64,000 nucleotides of DNA, taken from contig NC_043008.1 of assembly GCF_006345805.1 (NCBI RefSeq), positions 75,888,001 through 75,952,000 of the forward strand. The letters run 5' to 3'. Source of the stretch: Octopus sinensis (Eukaryota). This document shows positions 12,211-26,258 of the stretch, in pieces. The notes below the pieces were generated by a model. It had not been told where the DNA came from. It saw nothing but the letters and a program-made list of their open reading frames with translations, and ran no database searches. The translations under genes and the position numbers were made by a program. Positions within the stretch are counted from its first letter, which is position 1, and each line of letters opens with the position of its first letter.

Positions 12211-13941
12211 ATAATCCACTGTTTTAAATTTGTAACCATTCCTTTCTTTTGCCATGGTCTGATTCATTATTGCTTTATTATACCGGGAGGTTTTATTAAG
12301 AGTATTTGTGGCCTACACGCCAGTCACCTTCGCATGGAGAGCAATTGCGAAGACATTTCTACTGCTCCTCTCTCCATGTGGTCACTGTTTTTGATTATTC
12401 ATAGTGTCAAAATTTCATTACAAATTTTAATAATGTGCCTAGTGATATTGTCCAGTTAAGCTGATACATATTCATGAGAGGTATTTGCTGGGACAGAGTT
12501 TATCAGAAGTATTCAGTAGAAACAAAAATGAAATAATGTCATTGCATTCATACATAACTTTCAAGGACCTCATACAAAAGAGAAAAATGGGAAACTGACA
12601 ATTATTTGTCGCCCATTTCTTCAGATTGGTTTTCAAATAATTAATTGAAATATGTAGAGGAATCGTTCGTTCCTTACCTCATTGAGTTGCATGTCAAATT
12701 TCAGATGATATATTCATTCTTACTTGTTCAAAGTCATGTATAATCAGATATACATATATAAACGTGCGTGCGTGTATGTGTGTGCATGTTTAATTCTGTT
12801 ATAACATGATGCTAAGATGCTAATATCCAATTTAATTGCACTTGAGGAAGGACAGAGGAGGTCCTGCATACGTCGCTAGTCTATCAAAGTGAATGTTTAT
12901 ACATGTCTTTCCTGCTCTCTGTTTTGTATTCGCAGGATTTGAATTAATAAGATAAAATTCTAAATGTCAATAACTTGCGAAGATATGTAACCTCAGCAAA
13001 ATGGCCATAACAGCTCTGATATGTCATTTCCAACACCTCATACACTTCCACAATTATTTCAAACTTGTCAATCACGTTTAGTTTGGGAATAAAAGCAACA
13101 AATGCGTCTTAATCGAAGAATCAACCCAGATATCTTACTGATATCTACATAGTTAATGGAAAGAAGAGATACAGAGGACAGCAATGTGAACACCTGCATG
13201 TTATTTGTATTTAGAACGTTGAAGAACGTTAAATACTATAGAGTTTCCTTCCTATGGCTCAAAACTTTTACATCTAGCCGACTTGGCTAACACATATTTA
13301 TCTATATTTATTCACCATGGTCCTTGTAAGCAGAATCCACTCTTTTGCAAACATTTGGGTCATGTGGCACAGCATATTAGCAGAGAAATTCAAAATTGCG
13401 TTTATCTAGAGATTGCAAAGGCGTGATATTGTCGTTTCTGCCATGAGCTAATTTTATATCTTACTAAATAATGCTACATACAGTAGCATATCAGTCTTAT
13501 TAGCCACCAAATAATTGTGAATAAGAAATCATCTATGAGATTCCTGAGATTTCTTGGGACAAAGGGTAATATGAATTTGACGATAGATAAGTGAGATAAC
13601 TAATAACAGAATACGGAGTAAAACAATACAGCACATAATAAAAGCTACAAAACTTAATTCACTATAAAGGACTTTACAGATTGGTTGATTCTTCTTCAAT
13701 GATGAGTACTCAAGCTTTCCAGAGTAGCATTTGGTATTTCTATAATAGTTGACTGAGAACCCTAAGTTAATCCAACACAGTTTTGGTTATCTTCAACTAC
13801 CACTGTCTTATCGGTATAAAGAAGAAGGTAGATATGAAACGTTATTCAGTTGGATTGCTTGTACTTCATGTGTTGGGCATCCCTAATATCAGCTGATGAT
13901 ATTTAAGTGCATATGTATGTATGTATATATATATATACATA

Positions 13942-14485
<544 letters not shown>

Positions 14486-14519
14486 TATATATATACATAG
14501 ACAGTTGTCTATATATATA

Positions 14520-14670
14520 TATGAACAAAAGACGAAGACAGGTGTATCAATAAGAAGCAGGTGTATTAGTTTGACGCTCGGGAAAGTGAGAAATTCTTTT
14601 CCGGTTCGAGCCTACGTTCTTCAACAGAAAGGAATAAGAGAAAATAAACAGAGGGAATATACACGTTTGC
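14520..14670 (-). mobile_element. PLE terminal-repeat remnant with a decayed HHR-like motif
   Basis: Minus strand reads tctgttgaagaacgtaggctcgaaccgg (stem II GA(A)C-gtag-GCTC; core mutated). Confidence 0.4.
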
Positions 14671-14766
14671 TCCCTCTCTCTTTCTCGTTTTCTCTATCTG
14701 TGTGTGTATGTCAGTCAGTCTCTGTCTCTGTCTGCCTCTGTCTCTGTTTCTGTATCTCTGTCTGTC

Positions 14767-14802
<36 letters not shown>

Positions 14803-15582
14803 ACATTGAGGCACACGCACATATTCATGTGTGTGTGTTTATGTATATTTTATTTGTTTAATTTGAAGACTTATACGCAAACTAAAATATGGTTTTAACA
14901 GAGTGACTCGAACAAAGACAAGGAAATGGGCACAAGTCAAGTGACTGTTTCACAAGAGATTACTGAAATCACGATGCAGCTTTGCCTTGTTAGGAGTTTA
15001 ATTGGTGTACTACTGCCTAAGCACGATTAGTGAGTTTATAAAAAAAATAGTATGGATATTTTTAGTTGAGAAAATACAGTTGCATCAATTCAAATTAGAT
15101 GAAGATGTGCATAATTACTTTTTAAAAGTCAGTTGTGCAAGATTGTTTCGATGATCAGAAGAAGAAAAAAGGTAACTGAAGTTAAAATCTTATTACATGA
15201 TATAGATGAATGTAATTTCAATGAAAACCAAGAATTAACGAAATAAAAAAGAAAATAAAATCATCCAAAAATTAGTTCATTAACCATTTTTTCCCCAATG
15301 TCTTTCACATTCATGCAAGTATAATACTATGTTTACAAGCACACATGCACACACGCACACGTGTTTATATGTGTATGATATGTGTCTACAGATATCATAG
15401 GCACATACGCAAGTATATATAAACACAGAAATACACTCATATATAGACAGATGGTTAGATCAGGAGATATGACAACGTTATGTATGCTTATGTGTAAGAA
15501 TATATACATGTAGGGAAGCATACATACACATATACATACATAAATACATACATATATACATACATATACGCATACATATATA

Positions 15583-15880
15583 AGATGTTCGGGTTAAATC
15601 TTACAGATTGCATAAAACGAAAAGAAGACACAACGTGCTATACAAAAGTAAGGGTATTTTTCAAAACATCCTGAAAATATTAACTATATTAAAGCTGGGA
15701 GATAACAGTTTACACAAAGTAGTGCCCTTAGCTTCCATAACGACCTGAAGATAGCTCTGGAACTTGGCACACACGTTCCTCACAGTATTCTTATGAATGT
15801 CTTCGAACGCCTCCTTCATCTAGGCCACCAGCTTGCCCTTGGGTTTGCAAGCAGTGTTGTTGGTGTCTTTGTCTTTTTGA
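15583..15880 (-). mobile_element. Tc1/mariner 3' fragment
   Basis: Decayed transposase C-terminus KDTNNTACKPKG..AFEDIHKNTVRNVCAKFQSYLQVVMEAKG, related to 58150-58240; ends at a TA. Confidence 0.6.
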
Positions 15881-16077
15881 ACCACCCCCCACACATACTT
15901 ATCTATGGGATTACAAATGGGGTATTACTAGGCCACAAATTGGGGCTGTTGAAGTCGAATTAACTCAGTTGGTTAACACCCATTGTCTCAATTTGTCACT
16001 ATTGGAAATGCAGCCGGAAAATCTTGTGCGGATTACTTGTAACAGGTTTATTACTGTTCTTATTCTAACACATGTCT

Positions 16078-16960
16078 ATTGTCCGGAAATCTCTCGTCGT
16101 ACATCTGTGAACTCTTCAGCGACAATTTCCGTCCTCGTGTGAGCGCTTACTCCGGTTTGTTCATCCTGTTTTTCTATGATGTAAATCCTTTTATGCGCAT
16201 GCGTTTGCGACTGTATTTGTGTGTGTATGTTTATGTTTGTGTGTGTGTACGTTTGTGTATGTGTCTGTACATGTGGGTGTGTGTTTGTGTGTGTGTGCGT
16301 GTGTGTGGTTGTTCATAGTAGCACTATGACCCTCTCAGCATCGTACTCTCTCCCGTTGTCGCTACTGCTGCCCTTCACCTCGACTTTTGATACCGTTCTT
16401 GTATGCGTCTGTTTGTGTGTTCGCCCACACTGCTGACATCGTGGTAGTTGTTGTTGCTGTTGTTGATTTTTCAGTTGTTGATGTTATTGCGGCCGTTTGT
16501 GAAGTTACTGTATGTGTGTATGTGCCTGTATATTGGTTCATTTACTATGTTGTTTGCATTGTTTGCCCTTTATACAGTTTTATTCATTTTCTTACTTCTC
16601 TCTATTTTTTACTATATTTATTATAGGTATTTGAATATTCGTCTATTCTGTGTATATTACACTGTTTGTATCTGGCCTTTTTTTCCTTCTGTTTTTAGTA
16701 ATCATGTTGTGTGGTGCAGTGGTGAGTGCTATTCTTCCATTTGTATTTTCTGTTGAGGCTCGGTCTGTTTATTGCCATTGTGATTTTTCTAAGTGTCGTG
16801 TCAGTTGTATGTGTTTATAATACCTTAGCCACTATACTATTACCCGAGCCTCTATGTTGGGAGAATGTTGAGCATGTTGGTAGAACGATCACTAGCTTTT
16901 TTCCTTCTTTGAGCTAGCTCCAGTGTCACCTCTACGCTCTCCAGTGTAAATAGTTATGTT
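16078..16960 (-). mobile_element. Decayed Penelope-like element 3' part: GIY-YIG remnant plus downstream degenerate HHR
   Basis: YTGE.. and ..AINRPSLNRKYKW remnants at ~16700-16960; ATTGTCG-CTGAAGA...GAGA-GATT-TC-CGGACAAT at 16078-16126. Confidence 0.5.
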
Positions 16961-17115
16961 TTCACACCGTCCATTAGTACATCGTAAGCTATACACAATA
17001 TTACTAAACTTACGGTAAACATGCGGTTTTATCTTACATGCTATCCAGTTTTTCTCCGTACATGGGGATCTATCGAAAGAATAAGTTCTACAGATCAGGG
17101 ATTATATGGGGGCAC

Positions 17116-17550
17116 CATTTTGATCAGAGGGCGTATGATCATAGACAGGAAGTAAGAGATCCGGTAGTTGACGCCAATATTAGCTCCGCAGACCTGTCCC
17201 GTTGGTGGTCCTATCACTGGGGCAGTGGACGCCTTAAGGTTCTTCCTGAGCCCATACAATGGCGGGATGTCATTATTAGAGGCCTGGAAGTTGTAGGTCG
17301 TGTGCTTTTATGCCCCTAGGATGTTTGACCACATGTTTGATCAAAATGTCCTCGGATGTGTGTGGCAGCACAGAGGACCTCCTCAAAAGAATCAATGAAT
17401 GCAACCATATCTACGACCTGATGTATTATAGGGAGAATGAACGTAATATCCTTATACCCATCCATTGATGTTGATTTTGCTGTGGAGAAATGTGTGGAGG
17501 TGATGAGCGAGACCAATGTAGAGTTTCGTGATGTTGACACAGAAAAACTG
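17116..17550. mobile_element. Penelope-like RT fragment with an inverted 5' segment
   Basis: The minus segment gives DIPPLYGLRK..GPPT..VCGAN..YRISYFLSMIIRPLIKM; the plus segment gives LIKMSSDVCGSTEDLLKRINECN..PSIDVDFAVEKCVE (frameshifted). Confidence 0.7.
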
Positions 17551-17554
17551 TGAC

Positions 17555-20551
17555 AATGATTACTTAGATGAATATGTTCTTACTTGCTTCTGCCCCACTA
17601 AACTATTTGATCAAGCTTGAGCAACAAGAAAAAAATCGTTGGTTCACAGAAGTAGAGTTTGAAGCTATCAAAAGACTGGTATTGGAAAATAGCAGCAAAG
17701 ATAACGATGATAATACAGATCTTACTAATAAATTTAATTTCATGAACAAAAGGCAATCTACGACAGAATAGAGGCAAGACTACAGGAGAACTATAGTGAC
17801 ATTATTTGCAACCTTAAAAATGTTGATCGGTGGAAATTGAACCAAGATACGAAAAATCTCAATGGAATTCTGAAATACATCATAACAAACAACACCACAG
17901 AAACAAATAATTTGATTAAGGCAACAAGTATTGCTTTAGCAGAAAACGTGTGTGTTGATGTCATGAAAAAGAAATATAATGGGTGTGGCAAAAGGAAATA
18001 TTCATTGTGGGAAGGAAGAATACAGGCAAGGTTAGAATGTTCTCGAAGGACATTTCTGTGTTAGACGGAAAAGAAAAATGGGAGCTTAAAAGCGAACGAA
18101 AATACAGGTCGCTGAAAAGGAAGTATAACATTGAAAGAAAGGGCATGAATGTGGTAATGGAGGAACTGAAACAACGCCTCGTTGCAAAGAAAGAAAAGAT
18201 GGAAACATATGACCAAAGAATGAAGGGTTACCAGCAGTATAGTATATTCAGGTTAGTTTAGAAAAGATTCTATAAAGAAATAGATGGAAAGTGTTCATTT
18301 GAAAAGTTGATACCAGATAACAATGAAAATCAGAGGTTTTGGAGTGACATCTGGAGCAAAAACAAAGAGCACAAGAAGGATGCTGAAGTTTGCAAGAACT
18401 GAAACAAACAGCAGTCCGCCCAAAACTGGCAGAACCAGTCGTTTCAGTTAGGGAAATGAAGGTTTTCATCAAAGAGTGAGCAACTAGAAGGCCTCGGGAC
18501 AAGATGGAGCTCAAGGCTACTGGATCCAAATATCTAGTGAATGTCATACACGAATAGCTGCGCAACTCAACACCTTGTTAAATGCCGACCAAGTAACACC
18601 AGAGTGGTTGACATTGTGTAGGACATTACTATGCTTGAAAAACATCGGAAAAGACTATACAGTAGACAATTACAGTCCGATACCCTGCTTGCCACTTACG
18701 TGCAGATTATTGACTGGACTAGTCGCAGAGTCAAAGTACGAACATCTGAACAAAAATATAGTCCTGCCATACGAGCAGAAGCGTTGCAAGCGTAAGTGCA
18801 GAGGTACCAAGGATCAACAACTAGTAGATAAAATTTTACTTAAAGACTGCAAGAGGAAGAAAAGTAACTTAGCCATGCCATGGATCGACTATCGTAAGTC
18901 GTACGATATAATCCCACATTCTTGCTATTGCATCGAGTGATGAGCGATTGCTTAGAAGTATGGACCTGACGACATACGGAAGAAGTTAAGCGGTAGTAGA
19001 AATCAAGAGGGGCATGTCCCCACTGCCTGTCACCACTTATCTTTGTACTGACCACTAACACAGATTCTGAGGAAAGGAAAAGCTGGGTATGTATTCAAAA
19101 GCTACCAATAAAAAGTCAACCATTTGTTATTCATTGATGCCTTCAATCTTTATGATAAAGTTCCCTCCTTGATACGGTGTATACTTTCAGTGCTGATATC
19201 AGAATGGAGTTCGGACTGAGAAAGTGTTGTGTGTTAGTCTTGAAGAGAGGCATAATCAAATGTATGAACGGGCTAACGATACCGTCGGAGAGGGGAGGTT
19301 ATGAAGCAGATAGAAGGCACGAGCTGTAAGTACGTGGTGATTTTGGAAATGGATGAATTCACGGAGAAAGAAATGACAGAAAAATTTAAGGTGGAGTGCT
19401 TGCGCAGACTGAGATTGATCCTTAAGTTGAAGTTAAGAGACGAAATAAGATTGAAGTTATCAACACCTGGGCGGTTTCACTCTTTACATATGCAGCAGGG
19501 GTAATCGCATGGACAGTAGACGAATGAAGCAGCTTAGAAAGAAAGACAAAGAAGTTGCTATTTAGATATGAGTCACTCCACTCAAAATGTGACAAAGACA
19601 GACTGTATGTACAAAGACAAAGAGAGGGAAGTGGATTTATTGTATGAGAACACAGCATTAGAGCAGAAGAAAACAACAGAGTATGTATGTAAACTGTTCC
19701 ACAGACCGCTATTATTAGAAGTAAGAAGGTCAGGTATGTGTTGGATGAAAGATTGCAAAGATAAAGCACTGTACAAGCAATTGAAAACGAATTAAACTGA
19801 AAATAGGTGTCTAAAGAAAAGAATGCATGGACAATTCCATAGGAATATTGAAGATAAGACAGACAGAGAAAAAGATGGCTGTGGATTATTAAAATTGATT
19901 TTAAACCGGAATGGTGGGTGTAATTTGTGCTGCCCAAGAGCAAGCACCAAGGAAAAACTACATAAAATACAGAATAGACAGCACATCAGAAAGTGTTCAG
20001 TGCAGAATTTGTGGAAAAAAATGGTGAAACCAGAAGGAATATAAGAGACGTTACGACAATATAGCCAGGCTTGTCTATTGGACACTGTGCAACAAGTATG
20101 GATTTGACACAGAAAAACAATTGATAGAGCCACAAACCCAAAGTCACCATCGAAAATATTAATGCAAAGATCCTGTGGGATTTTATTAGATACAGAATAG
20201 GAAGCTAGACATAGTCTTAATTCAGAAAGAATATACTAGATCATAGATATAGCATGCCCAGCTGACAATAATGCATGCGATAAGGAAGATAGAAAATTTG
20301 ATAGATATGACAGGTCAGCTTGGGAGGTTAAGCAGTTGTGGTCGATAAAAAAGGTGGTAGTAGTACCAATAATTGTCGGAGTCCTGGGAACAGTGAGTAA
20401 ACAGCTTGAGAAGCACTTGGAACAATTAGGGGCTACAATAGGGATGGAGCACTTGCAGAAAACGGCACTGTTTGGAACCGCTCGAATACTCCGGAAGGCG
20501 CTCGAAAAGTTAGAGGCGAAGAGCTGACACCGTTAGAAACTGTGCAAAGGC
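17555..20551 (+). mobile_element. Old, near-full-length RLE-type (R4/Dong-like) LINE, heavily disrupted
   Basis: Fragments ..ELKQRLVAK.., NYSPIPCLP..YEQKRCKRKCRGTKDQ..WIDYRKSYDIIPHS, KILWDF, VVVPIIVGVLG..KTALFGTARILRK; ends in (AAT)n. Confidence 0.85.
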
Positions 20552-20567
20552 AATAATAATAATAATG

Positions 20568-20612
<45 letters not shown>

Positions 20613-20630
20613 TTAATAATAATAATAATA
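20552..20630. repeat. (AAT)n tract joining two LINEs
   Basis: Seen directly. Confidence 0.95.
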
Positions 20631-22508
20631 CTCCTCTTTTGTTTATCCTTAATACCTCTCTCAAAGCTGCTCAATGACGCGCAGTACGGGTATAAAATGT
20701 TTGATAAAAATATAAATCATCTCGTTTACATGGATGATTTAAAGCTTTTTGCAAAAAATGATCAACAACTCAAGGGCTTACTAGCGATAGTCAAACAATT
20801 CAGTGACGACATCAGAATGCAATTCGGCCTCGATAAATGTGCAAAGGCTACCTTTATCAAAGGAAAAATGACAGAAACATCTAACGTTAACCTTGACCAA
20901 CAGAATGTCATAAAAGAACTAGACCCAGCGGAGAGCTACAAGTACCTAGGGGTAATTGAAGGGAACGGAATAAGGCATTCAGAGATGAAGGAAAGGATCA
21001 GGAGAGAATGCTATCGAAGAGTGAGAGCAATACTCAAGACAGAGCTGAATGCAAGAAACAGGATCGAAGCAATCAATGCATTAGCTATACCAGTCGTGAC
21101 TTACAGTTTCAATATTGTTAACTGGTCAATTACTGAAATATGTCAGCTCGACAGAAAAATAAGGAAACTGTTGACAATGCATAGAATGCACCACCCTAAG
21201 GCAGATACAGAACGACTCTATCTGCCAAGAAAAGAGGGAGGCCGTGGTCTTTTGCAACTGGCAATAACAATGAAGATTGCTACAATTGGCCTAGACACCT
21301 ACCTGAAAAAATCTGAGGACTGGATGTTAAAACTTGTCTCAAAACATGAAAACAAGAAAGCATCATACTCAGTCACAAAACAGGCAAAGGAATATCTAAG
21401 TGAATTCCGAATACAACCAATTTCGGAATTAGAGATAGACATACAAGAAACAAGCACAGAAAAAGCTAGGCGCATGAAAACCCGTGCCAAAACTGCGGCC
21501 TTAGATATTCTGAATATAAATGGCAAGAAAAACCTCTCTACGGCAAATACCCAAAGAGAGCGAATAATGCAGATATCGACAAAGCCCTGACCCATCAATG
21601 GCTAATGGCCTCTGGCTTAAAATCTGAAACAGAGGGGTTTATCATAGCAGCTCAAGATCAATGCCTACCAACAAGAAACTACCAGGCCAACATATTAAAG
21701 ATCAGAAGCAGTCCAACGTGTCGTGTATGCAAGCAACAAAATGAAACCATTGACCATGTGGTCTCCAAGTGCAGTCTTCTAGCGCCTACAGAGTATCTCA
21801 ACAGGCACGATAGAGCTGCACAATATATTCACTGGGTAATCTGTAAAAACCTGGATTTGCCCCATGAAAAAAACTGGTGGGAACACAAACCACCCCCAGT
21901 GCTTGAAAATGACCACATCTCACTCCTCTGGAACTTCACCATTCAAACTGACAGGAAGATAGATGCAAATAGGCCAGACATCATATTGAAAGACTTCAAA
22001 CAAAGAACATGCTTCCTCATTGATATGACTGTCCCAATCGATATAAACGTATCTGTCAGGACCTACCAAAAACTGAGCAAATATAAAGATCTTGAAATAG
22101 AAATCAGCAAAATGTGGAAGCTGAAGACTAAAACAATACCTGTTGTCATAGGTGCCCTGGGAATGATAGCAAAAGGGGCTGATAGCTACCTAACTCAGAT
22201 ACCAGGAAACCCAAAAATGGCAGAAGTTCAAAAGATAGTGCTCATGGGAACTGCTCATATCCTACGCAAAATACTCTCTATGTAACCTCAAGGTTTAAAA
22301 CAACCATAATTTTCGGTTTAAAGGAAAAAAAAAAAAAAAAAAACTTTTTTTTTTTTTTTAGACATTCATTAGTACAACATCCCCACCCCCCAAATATATG
22401 GCACACTAGGCATAACAACAACATGAACTTCCAACCCTGTTGTCTCTTGAGGTCTCTGGGTGAGACTTGGAGCCAACTTGTACAAATATAAAGCAAAAGT
22501 CAAACATA

Positions 22509-22509
<1 letters not shown>
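20631..22509 (+). mobile_element. Young 5'-truncated R4/Dong-like LINE: RT C-terminal half, CCHC knuckle, RLE endonuclease and 3' UTR; one frameshift near 21515
   Basis: LLFCLSLIPLS, YMDDLKLF, FGLDKCA, YKYLG, CRVC..DHVVSKC, RHD, RPDIILKD..IDMTVP..KYKDL; (AAT)n on both sides. Confidence 0.95.
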
Positions 22510-22544
<35 letters not shown>

Positions 22545-22566
22545 AAATAATAATGATAATAATACA

Positions 22567-22631
<65 letters not shown>

Positions 22632-22650
22632 AAATAATAATAATAATAAA
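22510..22650. repeat. (AAT)n LINE tail/target
   Basis: Seen directly. Confidence 0.95.
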
Positions 22651-24394
22651 CATTCGACAAATAGCCAAGGGAGTGAAACCATAGACTGGGCAGGTTCTTT
22701 TGATGATGGCAGCAACCGGCATGACAGTGATAATAATTATTGAAAGGGTTTTGGTGAAACCTTAATGTTATTGATAATCGTTATTGTGGTGTTACTACTG
22801 ACATGATTCTAAAACTAATGAAAATAGAATTCTAATATAAAATTCTAGGCCCCACTTCTTGCAACAAAGATAATATGCCTGATTGCGCAATAAAGAAAAT
22901 AAGTCACCAAACTTGCGATAGGTGTGATTATAGATGAAATTTCATTGATAATATCACACTGTTTCACTCAAAATTATTGGTAAAATACCAGATTATTACA
23001 CAGCATCTAAACGAATCACTTCTCCGCTGTTACAATAATATATTACAATAATATTACAATAATATATTTTACCAAAGTCGCTTACCAACAATATTTCGTA
23101 GAGGTCATTGAAGTAATTCTAATGATGTTATACTCAATTCATAAAACTGCATAAATCTCTATATACATGTATACATATTTAAGCACGAATATATTTATGA
23201 AGATACGTGCGTTTGTATATATGTTTGCGTATGTGTGTATGTTATTGGCTATCAAGATACACAGATGAAAACAGCGTTATTTTCAAATGCTTAATTTAAA
23301 TCAGCGACCATATTCAACAAAGCCATCTGTATAATTGTGTTTTAGAGATAAGCTGAAGTTCCCTGCTCTGCTTCCTAGAATGCTTCGGGATTCATAAATC
23401 CAGCAATGTAAATCTCGCAGCATATTAATGACGCGTGATTTCAACTTTCGCTCTTTGTACTACTTTCTGCATAACCTGAAAGCCGCAATTTGCATCTGAA
23501 CATCGGACAATACAGCAGTAGAAACATTTTTCAAATTTTGAATAATTTTTGGTTTGAGCATCTTATTTATTTTTATAGTTTCCATAAAATGTACGCTAGT
23601 AACACTGCGATCAGTTTAATCAGGTGAATTCTTTCTTAATCTGATCGATGCCCTTATTCCACTTTGTACTCATTTCATTGTGATTTATTGTATTCTACGT
23701 TTCCTCTTTGTTGTTGAAGGAGATGACGTGTAGCAACAATAAACATATATATTGTAGTAAATATACAACATTTATTAAAGGTCCTCTACATTCAGAGTTC
23801 AAAACCTACCAGAGTTAACTTAATTATTCATATCACTAAGATTCATGAAAAGTTTATTGGCATAACACAGTATCGATACTAAGATGAGAGTCGATTCAAT
23901 CGACAATATCCATCCACGCTAATAAATGAACGACTCAGTACTAGTATAGATGTCTATAACAAACAAATATATTTCCCTCAATTCCTATATTGTACAAATT
24001 GTTTTATTGTTAGAGTTAACGGATGTGAATGTTAAATTAGTTGCAAATTCATTATTGGAATTAAAATGATTCACTTTATATAAATGAATCTTGATTTCTT
24101 ACCTTTGTAGTTTTATTCTAATTTATACGTTCTAGTTTATATGAATAAAACCTATTATTTCAATTCCCGAGAAATTTTAATTTCTTTGTCATTAAATAGT
24201 ATGAGGAAATGAATAGCTCAGATCTTTGAACAACTAACAACAACACAAGAACCAATGTATCTGATATATTGTTCCTGCTAGGGTATATTGTGTCTATTTC
24301 TAACGACTCCGCATTCAGTTAAGTATATATTAAGGAATACAGTATAATTCTTTCATAGAAATTTAAGGTTTTGGTTTAAATTGTAAACTATTGC

Positions 24395-24695
24395 AGATGT
24401 GAACTGGCTCTCCATCGGTTTCGATGACAAGTGTTCCAGAAGACTCGATCAACTCCATAGCTGAACACTCCATAGACACGCATACCACTAATGTAGTTCT
24501 CAGGGACATTCACAGTGACACACTATCTATCACGAGACTGGCCCATTGAACCAAAAGTGCAACTCGTTCTTCCTAGTTGAGTGGACTGGAGCAACACGAA
24601 ATAAATGTTCCAACTTAAGGGTACAATGCGTCGTCAAGAATCAAAATAATGACCTTATGATCGTAAGCTGAATACCATTGCCAATAAGACACGTT
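24395..24695 (-). mobile_element. CORE-like SINE, decayed
   Basis: Minus strand reads atttatttcgtgttgctccagtccactcaactagg, similar to 1045-1090. Confidence 0.55.
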
Positions 24696-26009
24696 CTTTT
24701 CATTCATAATATCGTATCATTACAAGAAATAAAACAATATTATGAATAAGAGGTGCAGTAGAGTTTGACCAGAGAAAAATATGAGGATCCTGTTTAGTGA
24801 AAGAGTTCAAATAGTAAACGAAATTATAGCTTTCCAATAGTAGATATTTATGACAAATATAAGATTTGTAGCTGTAAATGGTATAAAACACAAATGTAAC
24901 ATATCGTAGTGCCCTAAAAATAACCAGCTTTGCTGTTTGTCTTTATTCATTATGTGGGAAATTCTACGTAGGAAGACTTCTAATCCTGGATTGGGATCTT
25001 TGCCGAAACTTTTTTAATTATAACCACAATCCTAAAAAAAAAACTTGCAATGAGTTTTCCTTTTGATTAGTTAACGATGCGCAGTACCTAAACAAAAATA
25101 AACTTCCTTTACTTCATGAATTAAGAGTGCCAACGAAAACACTTAATGCACCCCAATACGTTATTAGATTAACAGATTGACGTTTAATAGATTATCAATA
25201 TACTGTAGAATTTCATTTTTTTTGTTCGATGACATTTTTTTAATCGATATTCTTTTCTCAGTCAAGAGTTGATATCTCGACGTTTTACGATTACATATTT
25301 ATCCCAAAGGGAAATATCTCTATTGATAAATGATTAGACCCGTAATACAGAACTCCTTCTCAAACTATACCTACATATGGGAATATTAACAGAAGTGGAA
25401 GTTTGCAGAACACTCGTTAGTTGCCTGCATTAGAGTCGGTTACCATTCTATCATCGTTAAATTCTCTAATTCTCAACATAAAAAATATGTCGTTGTCTGC
25501 TGTACCTTCGTAAACAATGCTAGTCGTTAGATCTACTCTATGAAATCTTAGTACTAGCAAATTCATTTTTATATTATGAAAGAAAATACTCTGTGTTTCT
25601 CTTAAACATTTCGAAATATAATTCATTAAGGCTTGCAAAATGCATACGTAATTATACTTGTTATTCGTCTTAGTCCGAAATCCAAGCTGAATGGATAAAG
25701 CCTAGGTGACACTTATTCCAAAGAACGGTTTGTAGAAAGTTGAGTGTAGTCAAAGTGAAAAGCTCCAAAAATACCCATAATACTTTCGTCTATCTCTTCT
25801 CTCAGTTGCAAGGCAACGAGAAAATTATTTAGACTTTTCTCTCTTCGCAGGAGTATACAACCAATCATTTACATATATACTCATATATCCGAATACAGTC
25901 TTTATGGCAGAGGTTAATACAGCATCATTGCTGTAATGGTAACTGTTGTTGTTGTTGTTGTTGTTTGCCTTGCTCGACATGCGCCAAAATTTGGAACCAT
26001 GATGAAGGA

Positions 26010-26215
26010 AGTGAACTGACAGAATCGTTAGCATACTGTGCAAAATACCTAGCAGGATTTCGTCCACCTTTAAGAGTTGGACTGTCGCTGGCGTCGACTT
26101 TACCGTTCATTTTCGGATTCAATAAAATAAGTACCAGTTGAGTATTGAGGTCATTCTGATCCACTTAGCCCCTCCTATGAAACAGCTAGCCTTGTGCCAA
26201 ATTTAAAAACCATTA
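26010..26215 (+). mobile_element. SINE family 1, decayed, with (ATT)n tail
   Basis: gacagaatcgttagca..gtcgacttt..aaataagtaccagttg..ttgtgccaaattt. Confidence 0.7.
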
Positions 26216-26258
26216 TTATTATTATTATTGTTGATGTTGTTGTTATTATTATTATTAT

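Noticed and set aside
12565-12635. Minus-strand CTGAAGA followed by a good hairpin (AATGGG..GACAA/TTGTC..CCCATT)
   Set aside because: No GAAA, stem III or stem I partner follows, so at best it is a truncated relic.
12905-12990. Strong plus-strand splice acceptor (ctctctgttttgtattcgcag)
   Set aside because: Stops appear in all three frames within 7 codons and no partner exon was found; it cannot be called without RNA data.
23030-23071. Three copies of a 14-bp unit (ttacaataatatat)
   Set aside because: An ordinary AT-rich slippage minisatellite.
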